Below the pieces are notes generated by a model. That model saw nothing but the letters and a program-made list of their open reading frames with translations, did no database searches and had not been told where the DNA came from. 64,000 bases of DNA from Eledone cirrhosa (lineage: Eukaryota): the NCBI GenBank assembly GCA_964016885.1, contig OZ024747.1:29636001-29700000 (forward strand), given 5' to 3'. Shown in pieces: positions 12,301-25,976 of the stretch. The translations under genes were made by a program, and so were the position numbers. The number at the start of each line of letters is the position of its first letter. The stretch's first letter is position 1.

Positions 12301-15300
12301 CAAGGGGAGATAATATCCAGCCGTCCAAGGAGACATATTTTCCAGCCGTCCAAGGAGAGGTAATTTCTAGCCGTCCAAGGGGAGATAAGTTCCAGCCTCC
12401 AAGGGGAGATAATTTCCAGCCAGCCAAGGGGAGATAATTTGTAAAAAAATCAGGGGGAGATAATTTGTAAAAAAAAAATCAGGGGGAGATAATTTGTAAA
12501 AAAATCAGGGGGAGATAATTTGTAAAAAAAAAATCAGGGGGAGATAATTTGTAAAAAAAATCAGGGGGAGATAATTTGTAAAAAAAATCAGGGGTAGATA
12601 ATTTGTAAAAAAAATCAGGGGGAGATAATTTGTAAAAAAAATCAGGGGGAGATAATTTGTAAAAAAAATCAGGGGTAGATAATTTTCAGCCGTCCAAGGG
12701 GAGATAATTTCCATCCTTCCAAGGGGAGATAATTTCCAGCCGTCCAAGGAGAGATAATTTCCCGCCAGCCAAGGAGAGATAACATTTAAAAAAATCAGGC
12801 GGAGATAATTTGTAAAAAAAATCAGTGGGAGATAATTTGTAAAAAAATCAGGGGGAGATAATTTGTAAAAAAAATCAGGGGTAGATAATTTCCAGCCGTC
12901 CAAGGGGAGATAATTTCCATCCTTCCAAGGGGAGATAATTTCCAGCCGTCCAAGGGGAGATAATTTCCCGCCAGCCAAGGAGAGATAATATTTAAAAAAA
13001 TCAGGCGGAGATAATTTGTAAAAAAAATCAGGGGGAGATAATTTGTAAAAAAAATCAGGGGGAGATAATTTGTAGAAAAAATCAGGGGTAGATAATTTGT
13101 AAAAAAAATCAGGGGGAGATAATTTGTAAAAAAAATCAGGGGGAGATAATTTGTAAAAAAAATCAGGGGTAGATAATTTTCAGCCGTCCAAGGGGAGATA
13201 ATTTCCATCCTTCCAAGGGGAGATAATTTCCAGCCGTCCAAGGGGAGATAATCTCCCGCCAGCCAAGGAGAGATAACATTTAAAAAAATCAGGCGGAGAT
13301 AATTTGTAAAAAAAATCAGGGGGAGATAATTTGTAAAAAAATCAGGGGGAGATAATTTGTAAAAAAAATCAGGGGTAGATAATTTCCAGCCGTCCAAGGG
13401 GAGATAATTTCCATCCTTCCAAGGGGAGATAATTTCCAGCCGTCCAAGGGGAGATAATTTCCCGCCAGCCAAGGAGAGATAATATTTAAAAAAATCAGGC
13501 GGAGATAATTTGTAAAAAAAATCAGGGGCAGATAATTTGTAAAAAAATCAGGGGGAGATAATTTGTAAAAAAAAATCAGGGGGAGATAATTTGTAAAAAA
13601 AATCAGGGGGAGATAATTTGTAAAAAAAATCAGGGGTAGATAATTTGTAAAAAAAAATCAGGGGGAGATAATTTGTAAAAAAAAAATCAGGGGGAGATAA
13701 TTTGTAAAAAAATCAAGGGGAGATAATTTCCAGCCGTCCAAGGGGAGATAATTTTCAGCCGTCCAAGGAGAGGTAATTTCTCGCCGTCCAAGGGGAGATA
13801 ATTTCCAGCCGTCCAAGGGGAGATAATTTTTTTAAAAAAATCAGGCGGAGATAATTTGTAAAAAAAAATCAGGGGGAGATAATTTGTAAAAAAAAATCAG
13901 GGGGAGATAATTTGTAAAAAAAATCAAGGGGAGATAATTTCCAGCCGTCCAAGGGGAGGTAATATCTAGCCATCCAAGGGGAGATAATTTCCAGCCGTCC
14001 AAGGGGAGATAATTTCCAGCCGTCCAAGGGGAGATAATATCCAGCCGTCCAAGGAGACATATTTTCCAGCCGTCCAAGGAGAGGTAATTTCTAGCCGTCC
14101 AAGGGGAGATAAGTTCCAGCCTCCAAGGGGAGATAATTTCCAGCCAGCCAAGGGGAGATAATTTGTAAAAAAATCAGGGGGAGATAATTTGTAAAAAAAA
14201 AATCAGGGGGAGATAATTTGTAAAAAAATCAGGGGGAGATAATTTGTAAAAAAAAAATCAGGGGGAGATAATTTGTAAAAAAAATCAGGGGGAGATAATT
14301 TGTAAAAAAAATCAGGGGTAGATAATTTGTAAAAAAAATCAGGGGGAGATAATTTGTAAAAAAAATCAGGGGTAGATAATTTTCAGCCGTCCAAGGGGAG
14401 ATAATTTCCATCCTTCCAAGGGGAGATAATTTCCAGCCGTCCAAGGAGAGATAATTTCCCGCCAGCCAAGGAGAGATAACATTTAAAAAAATCAGGCGGA
14501 GATAATTTGTAAAAAAAATCAGGGGGAGATAATTTGTAAAAAAATCAGGGGGAGATAATTTGTAAAAGAAAATCAGGGGGAGATAATTTGTAAAAAAAAT
14601 CAGGGGGAGATAATTTGTAAAAAAAAATCAGGGGTAGATAATTTGTAAAAAAAAATCAGGGGGAGATAATTTGTAAAAAAAAAATCAGGGGGAGATAATT
14701 TGTAAAAAAATCAAGGGGAGATAATTTCCAGCCGTCCAAGGGGAGATAATTTTCAGCCGTCCAAGTAGAGGTAATTTCTAGCCGTCCAAGGGGAGATAAT
14801 TTCCAGCCGTCCAAGGGGAGATAATTTTTTTAAAAAAATCAGGCGGAGATAATTTGTAAACAAAAATCAGGGGGAGATAATTTGTAAAAAAAATCAGGGG
14901 GAGATAATTTGTAAAAAAAAATCAGGGGGAGATAATTTGTAAAAAAATTCAAGGGGAGATAATTTCCAGCCGTCCAAGGGGAGGTAATATCTAGCCATCC
15001 AAGGGGAGATAATTTCCAGCCGTCCAAGGGGAGATAATTTTTTTAAAAAAATCAGGCGGAGATAATTTGTAAACAAAAATCAGGGGGAGATAATTTGTAA
15101 AAAAAAATCAGGGGGAGATAATTTGTAAAAAAAAAATCAGGGGGTGATAATTTGTAAAAAAATCAAGGGGAGATAATTTCCAGCCGTCCAAGGGGAGATA
15201 ATTTTCAGCCGTCCAAGGAGAGGTAATTTCTAGCCGTCCAAGGGGAGATTATTTCCAGCCAGCCAAGGGGAGATAATTTGTAAAAAAATCAGGGGTAGAT

Positions 15301-18300
15301 AATTTGTAAAAAAAAATCAGGGGGAGATAATTTGTAAAAAAAATCAGGGGGAGATAATTTGTAAAAAAAATCAGGGGTAGATAATTTCCAGCCGTCCAAG
15401 GGGAGATAATTTCCATCCTTCCAAGGGGAGATAATTTCCAGCCGTCCAAGGGGAGATAATTTCCCGCCAGCCAAGGAGAGATAACATTTAAAAAAATCAG
15501 GCGGAGATAATTTGTAAAAAAAATCAGGGGGAGATAATTTGTAAAAAAATCAGGGGGAGATAATTTGTAAAAAAAAAATCAGGGGGAGATAATTTGTAAA
15601 AAAAATCAGGGCGAGATAATTTGTAAAAAAAATCAGGGGTAGATAATTTGTAAAAAAAATCAGGGGGAGATAATTTGTAAAAAAAATCAGGGGGAGATAA
15701 TTTGTAAAAAAAATCAGGGGTAGATAATTTCCAGCCGTCCAAGGGGAGATAATTTCCATCCTTCCAAGGGGAGATAATTTCCAGCCGTCCAAGGGGAGAT
15801 AATTTCCCGCCAGCCAAGGAGAGATAACATTTAAAAAAATCAGGCGGAGATAATTTGTAAAAAAAATCAGGGGGAGATAATTTGTAAAAAAATCAGGGGG
15901 AGATAATTTGTAAAAAAAATCAGGGGTAGATAATTTCCAGCCGTCCAAGGGGAGATAATTTCCATCCTTCCAAGGGGAGATAATTTCCAGCCGTCCAAGG
16001 GGAGATAATTTCCCGCCAGCCAAGGAGAGATAATATTTAAAAAAATCAGGCGGAGATAATTTGTAAAAAAAATCAGGGGGAGATAATTTGTAAAAAAATC
16101 AGGGGGAGATAATTTGTAAAAAAAAATCAGGGGAGATAATTTGTAAAAAAAATCAGGGGGAGATAATTTGTAAAAAAAATCAGGGGTAGATAATTTGTAA
16201 AAAAAAATCAGGGGGAGATAATTTGTAAAAAAAAAATCAGGGGGAGATAATTTGTAAAAAAATCAAGGGTAGATAATTTCCAGCCGTCCAAGGGGAGATA
16301 ATTTTCAGCCGTCCAAGGAGGTAATTTCTAGCCGTCCAAGGGGAGATAATTTCCAGCCGTCCAAGGGGAGATAATTTTTTTAAAAAAATCAGGCGGAGAT
16401 AATTTGTAAACAAAAATCAGGGGGAGATAATTTGTAAAAAAAAATCAGGGGGAGATAATTTGTAAAAAAAAATCAGGGGGAGATAATTTGTAAAAAAAAT
16501 CAAGGGGAGATAATTTCCAGCCGTCCAAGGGGAGGTAATATCTAGCCATCCAAGGGGAGATAATTTCCAGCCGTCCAAGGGGAGATAATTTCCAGCCGTC
16601 CAAGGGGAGATAATATCCAGCCGTCCAAGGAGACATATTTTCCAGCCGTCCAAGGAGAGGTAATTTCTAGCCGTCCAAGGGGAGATAAGTTCCAGCCTCC
16701 AAGGGGAGATAATTTCCAGCCAGCCAAGGGGAGATAATTTGTAAAAAAATCAGGGGGAGATAATTTGTAAAAAAAAAATCAGGGGGAGATAATTTGTAAA
16801 AAAATCAGGGGGAGATAATTTGTAAAAAAAAAATCAGGGGGAGATAATTTGTAAAAAAAATCAGGGGGAGATAATTTGTAGAAAAAATCAGGGGTAGATA
16901 ATTTGTAAAAAAAATCAGGGGGAGATAATTTGTAAAAAAAATCAGGGGGAGATAATTTGTAAAAAAAATCAGGGGTAGATAATTTTCAGCCGTCCAAGGG
17001 GAGATAATTTCCATCCTTCCAAGGGGAGATAATTTCCAGCCGTCCAAGGGGAGATAATCTCCCGCCAGCCAAGGAGAGATAACATTTAAAAAAATCAGGC
17101 GGAGATAATTTGTAAAAAAAATCAGGGGGAGATAATTTGTAAAAAAATCAGGGGTAGATAATTTCCAGCCGTCCAAGGGGAGATAATTTCCATCCTTCCA
17201 AGGGGAGATAATTTCCAGCCGTCCAAGGGGAGATAATTTCCCGCCAGCCAAGGAGAGATAATATTTAAAAAAATCAGGCGGAGATAATTTGTAAAAAAAA
17301 TCAGGGGGAGATAATTTGTAAAAAAATCAGGGGGAGATAATTTGTAAAAAAAAATCAGGGGAGATAATTTGTAAAAAAAATCAGGGGGAGATAATTTGTA
17401 AAAAAAATCAGGGGTAGATAATTTGTAAAAAAAAATCAGGGGGAGATAATTTGTAAAAAAAAAATCAGGGGGAGATAATTTGTAAAAAAATCAAGGGTAG
17501 CTAATTTCCAGCCGTCCAAGGGGAGATAATTTTCAGCCGTCCAAGGAGGTAATTTCTAGCCGTCCAAGGGGAGATAATTTCCAGCCGTCCAAGGGGAGAT
17601 AATTTTTTTAAAAAAATCAGGCGGAGATAATTTGTAAACAAAAATCAGGGGGAGATAATTTGTAAAAAAAAATCAGGGGGAGATAATTTGTAAAAAAAAA
17701 TCAGGGGGAGATAATTTGTAAAAAAAATCAAGGGGAGATAATTTCCAGCCGTCCAAGGGGAGGTAATATCTAGCCATCCAAGGGGAGATAATTTCCAGCC
17801 GTCCAAGGGGAGATAATTTCCAGCCGTCCAAGGGGAGATAATATCCAGCCGTCCAAGGAGACATATTTTCCAGCCGTCCAAGGAGAGGTAATTTCTAGCC
17901 GTCCAAGGGGAGATAAGTTCCAGCCTCCAAGGGGAGATAATTTCCAGCCAGCCAAGGGGAGATAATTTGTAAAAAAATCAGGGGGAGATAATTTGTAAAA
18001 AAAAAATCAGGGGGAGATAATTTGTAAAAAAATCAGGGGGAGATAATTTGTAAAAAAAAAATCAGGGGGAGATAATTTGTAAAAAAAATCAGGGGGAGAT
18101 AATTTGTAAAAAAAATCAGGGGTAGATAATTTGTAAAAAAAATCAGGGGGAGATAATTTGTAAAAAAAATCAGGGGGAGATAATTTGTAAAAAAAATCAG
18201 GGGTAGATAATTTTCAGCCGTCCAAGGGGAGATAATTTCCATCCTTCCAAGGGGAGATAATTTCCAGCCGTCCAAGGAGAGATAATTTCCCGCCAGCCAA

Positions 18301-21300
18301 GGAGAGATAACATTTAAAAAAATCAGGCGGAGATAATTTGTAAAAAAAATCAGTGGGAGATAATTTGTAAAAAAATCAGGGGGAGATAATTTGTAAAAAA
18401 AATCAGGGGTAGATAATTTCCAGCCGTCCAAGGGGAGATAATTTCCATCCTTCCAAGGGGAGATAATTTCCAGCCGTCCAAGGGGAGATAATTTCCCGCC
18501 AGCCAAGGAGAGATAATATTTAAAAAAATCAGGCGGAGATAATTTGTAAAAAAAATCAGGGGGAGATAATTTGTAAAAAAAATCAGGGGGAGATAATTTG
18601 TAGAAAAAATCAGGGGTAGATAATTTGTAAAAAAAATCAGGGGGAGATAATTTGTAAAAAAAATCAGGGGGAGATAATTTGTAAAAAAAATCAGGGGTAG
18701 ATAATTTTCAGCCGTCCAAGGGGAGATAATTTCCATCCTTCCAAGGGGAGATAATTTCCAGCCGTCCAAGGGGAGATAATCTCCCGCCAGCCAAGGAGAG
18801 ATAACATTTAAAAAAATCAGGCGGAGATAATTTGTAAAAAAAATCAGGGGGAGATAATTTGTAAAAAAATCAGGGGGAGATAATTTGTAAAAAAAATCAG
18901 GGGTAGATAATTTCCAGCCGTCCAAGGGGAGATAATTTCCATCCTTCCAAGGGGAGATAATTTCCAGCCGTCCAAGGGGAGATAATTTCCCGCCAGCCAA
19001 GGAGAGATAATATTTAAAAAAATCAGGCGGAGATAATTTGTAAAAAAATCAGGGGGAGATAATTTGTAAAAAAATCAGGGGGAGATAATTTGTAAAAAAA
19101 AATCAGGGGGAGATAATTTGTAAAAAAAATCAGGGGGAGATAATTTGTAAAAAAAATCAGGGGTAGATAATTTGTAAAAAAAAATCAGGGGGAGATAATT
19201 TGTAAAAAAAAAATCAGGGGGAGATAATTTGTAAAAAAATCAAGGGGAGATAATTTCCAGCCGTCCAAGGGGAGATAATTTTCAGCCGTCCAAGGAGAGG
19301 TAATTTCTCGCCGTCCAAGGGGAGATAATTTCCAGCCGTCCAAGGGGAGATAATTTTTTTAAAAAAATCAGGCGGAGATAATTTGTAAAAAAAAATCAGG
19401 GGGAGATAATTTGTAAAAAAAAATCAGGGGGAGATAATTTGTAAAAAAAATCAAGGGGAGATAATTTCCAGCCGTCCAAGGGGAGGTAATATCTAGCCAT
19501 CCAAGGGGAGATAATTTCCAGCCGTCCAAGGGGAGATAATTTCCAGCCGTCCAAGGGGAGATAATATCCAGCCGTCCAAGGAGACATATTTTCCAGCCGT
19601 CCAAGGAGAGGTAATTTCTAGCCGTCCAAGGGGAGATAAGTTCCAGCCTCCAAGGGGAGATAATTTCCAGCCAGCCAAGGGGAGATAATTTGTAAAAAAA
19701 TCAGGGGGAGATAATTTGTAAAAAAAAAATCAGGGGGAGATAATTTGTAAAAAAAATCAGGGCGAGATAATTTGTAAAAAAAATCAGGGGTAGATAATTT
19801 GTAAAAAAAATCAGGGGGAGATAATTTGTAAAAAAAATCAGGGGGAGATAATTTGTAAAAAAAATCAGGGGTAGATAATTTCCAGCCGTCCAAGGGGAGA
19901 TAATTTCCATCCTTCCAAGGGGAGATAATTTCCAGCCGTCCAAGGGGAGATAATTTCCCGCCAGCCAAGGAGAGATAACATTTAAAAAAATCAGGCGGAG
20001 ATAATTTGTAAAAAAAATCAGGGGGAGATAATTTGTAAAAAAATCAGGGGGAGATAATTTGTAAAAAAAATCAGGGGTAGATAATTTCCAGCCGTCCAAG
20101 GGGAGATAATTTCCATCCTTCCAAGGGGAGATAATTTCCAGCCGTCCAAGGGGAGATAATTTCCCGCCAGCCAAGGAGAGATAATATTTAAAAAAATCAG
20201 GCGGAGATAATTTGTAAAAAAAATCAGGGGGAGATAATTTGTAAAAAAATCAGGGGGAGATAATTTGTAAAAAAAAATCAGGGGAGATAATTTGTAAAAA
20301 AAATCAGGGGGAGATAATTTGTAAAAAAAATCAGGGGTAGATAATTTGTAAAAAAAAATCAGGGGGAGATAATTTGTAAAAAAAAAATCAGGGGGAGATA
20401 ATTTGTAAAAAAATCAAGGGTAGATAATTTCCAGCCGTCCAAGGGGAGATAATTTTCAGCCGTCCAAGGAGGTAATTTCTAGCCGTCCAAGGGGAGATAA
20501 TTTCCAGCCGTCCAAGGGGAGATAATTTTTTTAAAAAAATCAGGCGGAGATAATTTGTAAACAAAAATCAGGGGGAGATAATTTGTAAAAAAAAATCAGG
20601 GGGAGATAATTTGTAAAAAAAAATCAGGGGGAGATAATTTGTAAAAAAAATCAAGGGGAGATAATTTCCAGCCGTCCAAGGGGAGGTAATATCTAGCCAT
20701 CCAAGGGGAGATAATTTCCAGCCGTCCAAGGGGAGATAATTTCCAGCCGTCCAAGGGGAGATAATATCCAGCCGTCCAAGGAGACATATTTTCCAGCCGT
20801 CCAAGGAGAGGTAATTTCTAGCCGTCCAAGGGGAGATAAGTTCCAGCCTCCAAGGGGAGATAATTTCCAGCCAGCCAAGGGGAGATAATTTGTAAAAAAA
20901 TCAGGGGGAGATAATTTGTAAAAAAAAAATCAGGGGGAGATAATTTGTAAAAAAATCAGGGGGAGATAATTTGTAAAAAAAAAATCAGGGGGAGACAATT
21001 TGTAAAAAAAATCAGGGGGAGATAATTTGTAGAAAAAATCAGGGGTAGATAATTTGTAAAAAAAATCAGGGGGAGATAATTTGTAAAAAAAATCAGGGGG
21101 AGATAATTTGTAAAAAAAATCAGGGGTAGATAATTTTCAGCCGTCCAAGGGGAGATAATTTCCATCCTTCCAAGGGGAGATAATTTCCAGCCGTCCAAGG
21201 GGAGATAATCTCCCGCCAGCCAAGGAGAGATAACATTTAAAAAAATCAGGCGGAGATAATTTGTAAAAAAAATCAGGGGGAGATAATTTGTAAAAAAATC

Positions 21301-24300
21301 AGGGGTAGATAATTTCCAGCCGTCCAAGGGGAGATAATTTCCATCCTTCCAAGGGGAGATAATTTCCAGCCGTCCAAGGGGAGATAATTTCCCGCCAGCC
21401 AAGGAGAGATAATATTTAAAAAAATCAGGCGGAGATAATTTGTAAAAAAAATCAGGGGGAGATAATTTGTAAAAAAATCAGGGGGAGATAATTTGTAAAA
21501 AAAAATCAGGGGAGATAATTTGTAAAAAAAATCAGGGGGAGATAATTTGTAAAAAAAATCAGGGGTAGATAATTTGTAAAAAAAAATCAGGGGGAGATAA
21601 TTTGTAAAAAAAAAATCAGGGGGAGATAATTTGTAAAAAAATCAAGGGTAGATAATTTCCAGCCGTCCAAGGGGAGATAATTTTCAGCCGTCCAAGGAGG
21701 TAATTTCTAGCCGTCCAAGGGGAGATAATTTCCAGCCGTCCAAGGGGAGATAATTTTTTTAAAAAAATCAGGCGGAGATAATTTGTAGAAAAAATCAGGG
21801 GTAGATAATTTGTAAAAAAAATCAGGGGGAGATAATTTGTAAAAAAAATCAGGGGGAGATAATTTGTAAAAAAAATCAGGGGTAGATAATTTTCAGCCGT
21901 CCAAGGGGAGATAATTTCCATCCTTCCAAGGGGAGATAATCTCCCGCCAGCCAAGGAGAGATAACATTTAAAAAAATCAGGCGGAGATAATTTGTAAAAA
22001 AAATCAGGGGGAGATAATTTGTAAAAAAATCAGGGGGAGATAATTTGTAAAAAAAATCAGGGGTAGATAATTTCCAGCCCTCCAAGGGGAGATAATTTCC
22101 ATCCTTCCAAGGGGAGATAATTTCCAGCCGTCCAAGGGGAGATAATTTCTCGCCAGCCAAGGAGAGATAATATTTAAAAAAATCAGGCGGAGATAATTTG
22201 TAAAAAAAATCAGGGGGAGATAATTTGTAAAAAAATCAGGGGGAGATAATTTGTAAAAAAAAATCAGGGGGAGATAATTTGTAAAAAAAATCAGGGGGAG
22301 ATAATTTGTAAAAAAAATCAGGGGTAGATAATTTGTAAAAAAAAATCAGGGGGAGATAATTTGTAAAAAAAAAATCAGGGGGAGATAATTTGTAAAAAAA
22401 TCAAGGGGAGATAATTTCCAGCCGTCCAAGGGGAGATAATTTTCAGCCGTCCAAGGAGAGGTAATTTCTAGCCGTCCAAGGGGAGATAATTTCCAGCCGT
22501 CCAAGGGGAGATAATTTTTTTAAAAAAATCAGGCGGAGATAATTTGTAAACAAAAATCAGGGGGAGATAATTTGTAAAAAAAAATCAGGGGGAGATAATT
22601 TGTAAAAAATAATCAGGGGGAGATAATTTGTAAAAAAAATCAAGGGGAGATAATTTCCAGCCGTCCAAGGGGAGGTAATATCTAGCCATCCAAGGGGAGA
22701 TAATTTCCAGCCGTCCAAGGGGAGATAATTTCCAGCCGTCCAAGGGGAGATAATATCCAGCCGTCCAAGGAGACATATTTTCCAGCCGTCCAAGGAGAGG
22801 TAATTTCTAGCCGTCCAAGGGGAGATAAGTTCCAGCCTCCAAGGGGAGATAATTTCCAGCCAGCCAAGGGGAGATAATTTGTAAAAAAATCAGGGGGAGA
22901 TAATTTGTAAAAAAAAAATCAGGGGCAGATAATTTGTAAAAAAATCAGGGGGAGATAATTTGTAAAAAAAAAATCAGGGGGAGATAATTTGTAAAAAAAA
23001 TCAGGGGGAGATAATTTGTAAAAAAAATCAGGGGTAGATAATTTGTAAAAAAAATCAGGGGGAGATAATTTGTAAAAAAAATCAGGGGTAGATAATTTTC
23101 AGCCGTCCAAGGGGAGATAATTTCCATCCTTCCAAGGGGAGATAATTTCCAGCCGTCCAAGGAGAGATAATTTCCCGCCAGCCAAGGAGAGATAACATTT
23201 AAAAAAATCAGGCGGAGATAATTTGTAAAAAAAATCAGGGGGAGATAATTTGTAAAAAAATCAGGGGGAGATAATTTGTAAAAAAAAATCAGGGGGAGAT
23301 AATTTGTAAAAAAAATCAGGGGGAGATAATTTGTAAAAAAAATCAGGGGTAGATAATTTGTAAAAAAAAATCAGGGGGAGATAATTTGTAAAAAAAAAAT
23401 CAGTGGGAGATAATTTGTAAAAAAATCAAGGGGAGATAATTTCCAGCCGTCCAAGGGGAGATAATTTTCAGCCGTCCAAGGAGAGGTAATTTCTAGCCGT
23501 CCAAGGGGAGATAATTTCCAGCCGTCCAAGGGGAGATAATTTTTTTAAAAAAATCAGGCGGAGATAATTTGTAAACAAAAATCAGGGGGAGATAATTTGT
23601 AAAAAAAAATCAGGGGGAGATAATTTGTAAAAAAAATCAGGGGGAGATAATTTGTAAAAAAAATCAAGGGGAGATAATTTCCAGCCGTCCAAGGGGAGGT
23701 AATATCTAGCCATCCAAGGGGAGATAATTTCCAGCCGTCCAAGGGGAGATAATTTCCAGCCGTCCAAGGGGAGATAATATCCAGCCGTCCAAGGAGACAT
23801 ATTTTCCAGCCGTCCAAGGAGACGTAATTTCTAGCCGTCCAAGGGGAGATAAGTTCCAGCCTCCAAGGGGAGATAATTTCCAGCCAGCCAAGGGGAGATA
23901 ATTTGGAAAAAAATTAGGGGGAGATAATTTGTAAAAAAAAATTAGGGGGAGATAATTTGTAAAAAAAAATCAGGGGGAGATAATTTGTAAAAAAAAATCA
24001 GGGGGAGATAATTTGTAAAAAGAATCAAGGGGAGATAATTTCCAGCCGTCCAAGGGGAGATAATTTTCAGCCGTCCAAGGAGAGGTAAATTCTAGCCGTC
24101 CAAGGAGATATAATTTCCAGCCGTCCAAGGGGAGATAATTTCCAGCCGTCCAAGGGGAGATAATTTTTAAAAAAAAATCAGGCGGAGATAATTTGTAAAC
24201 AAAAATCAGGGGGAGATAATTTTTAAAAAAAGAAGTCAGGGGGAGATAATTTGTAAAAAAAAATCAGGGGGAGATAATTTGTAAAAAAAATCAAGGGGAG

Positions 24301-25976
24301 ATAATTTCCAGCCGTCCAAGGGGAGGTAATATCTAGCCATCCAAGGGGAGATAATTTCCAGCCGTCCAAGGGGAGATAATTTCCAGCCGTCCAAGGGGAG
24401 ATAATATCCAGCCGTCCAAGGAGACATATTTTCCAGCCGTCCAAGGAGAGGTAATTTCTAGCCGTCCAAGGGGAGATAAGTTCCAGCCTCCAAGGGGAGA
24501 TAATTTCCAGCCAGCCAAGGGGAGATAATTTGTAAAAAAAATCAGGGGGAGATAATTTGAAAAAAAAAATCAGGGGGAGATAATTTGTAAAAAATATCAA
24601 GGGGAGATAATTTCCAGCCCTCCAAGGGGCTATAATTTCCAGCCGTGCAAGGGGAGATAATTTCCAGCCGTCCAAGGGGAGATAATTTCCATCCTTCCAA
24701 GGGGAGATAATTTCCAGCCGTCCAAGGGGAGATAATTTCCCGCCAGCCAAGGGAAGATAATTTTTTAAAAAATCAGGCGGAGATTGTAAAAAAAATCAGG
24801 GGGAGATAATTTGTAAAAAAATCAGGGGGAGATAATTTGTAAAAAAAAATCAGGGGGAGATAATTTGTAAAAAAAATCAGGGGGAGATAATTTGTAAAAA
24901 AAATCAGGGGTAGATAATTTGTAAAAAAAATCAGGGGGAGATAATTTGTAAAAAAAATCAGGGGGAGATAATTTGTAAAAAAAATCAGGGGTAGATAATT
25001 TTCAGCCGTCCAAGGGGAGATAATTTCCATCCTTCCAAGGGGAGATAATTTCCAGCCGTCCAAGGGGAGATAATTTCCCGCCAGCCAAGGAGAGATAACA
25101 TTTAAAAAAATCAGGCGGAGATAATTTGTAAAAAAATCAGGGGGAGATAATTTGTAAAAAAAATCAGGGGTAGATAATTTCCAGCCGTCCAAGGGGAGAT
25201 AATTTCCATCCTTCCAAGGGGAGATAATTTCCAGCCGTCCAAGGGGAGATAATTTCCCGCCAGCCAAGGAGAGATAATATTTAAAAAAATCAGGCGGAGA
25301 TAATTTGTAAAAAAAATCAGGGGGAGATAATTTGTAAAAAAATCAGGGGGAGATAATTTGTAAAAAAAAATCAGGGGGAGATAATTTGTAAAAAAAAATC
25401 AGGGGGAGATAATTTGTAAAAAAAAATCAGGGGTAGATAATTTGTAAAAAAAAATCAGGGGGAGATAATTTGTAAAAAAAAAATCAGGGGGAGATAATTT
25501 GTAAAAAAATCAAGGGGAGATAATTTCCAGCCGTCCAAGGGGAGATAATTTTCAGCCGTCCAAGGAGAGGTAATTTCTAGCCGTCCAAGGGGAGATAATT
25601 TCCAGCCGTCCAAGGGGAGATAATTTTTTAAAAAAAATCAGGCGGAGATAATTTGTAAACAAAAATCAGGGGGAGATAATTTGTAAAAAAAAATCAGGGG
25701 GAGATAATTTGTAAAAAAAAATCAGGGGGAGATAATTTGTAAAAAAAATCAAGGGGAGATAATTTGTAAAAAAAAATCAGGGGTAGATAATTTGTAAAAA
25801 AAAATCAGGGGGAGATAATTTGTAAAAAAAAAATCAGGGGGAGATAATTTGTAAAAAAATCAAGGGGAGATAATTTCCAGCCGTCCAAGGGGAGATAATT
25901 TTCAGCCGTCCAAGGAGAGGTAATTTCTAGCCGTCCAAGGGGAGATAATTTCCAGCCAGCCAAGGGGAGATAATTT
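3318..25976. repeat. Macro-repeat unit 1, satellite A portion (~22.7 kb)
   Basis: Colinear with 32392-62707 through private variants. Pseudo-ORF offsets are 29073 (3915/32988, 4040/33113), 29756 (9996/39752, 14229/43985), 31337 or 36704 (20956 vs 52293 or 57660) and 36731 (24773/61504). Confidence 0.88.
6000..19700. repeat. ~5.5-5.7 kb higher-order repeat, ~2.5 tandem copies (approximate bounds)
   Basis: Pseudo-ORF offsets of 5734 (6383/12117, 6771/12505, 8107/13841) and 5528 (9311/14839, 11277/16805, 12822/18350). The difference of 206 bp equals one basic module. Confidence 0.85.

Larger units (their letters stand above)
1..25976. repeat. Satellite A array, segment 1 (two-monomer 25/~27 bp tandem repeat)
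   Basis: Uninterrupted head-to-tail monomers GGGGAGATAATTTGT(A)7-10TCAG (A1) and GGGGAGATAATTTCCAGCCGTCCAA (A2), all in one orientation and arranged in alternating runs. The array runs off the left edge of the window. Confidence 0.98.

Noticed and set aside
1-25976. CRISPR-like repeat/spacer pattern (constant core with variable tail)
   Set aside because: The core is only ~13 bp, the tails are two recurring types rather than unique spacers, and there is no leader or cas gene.
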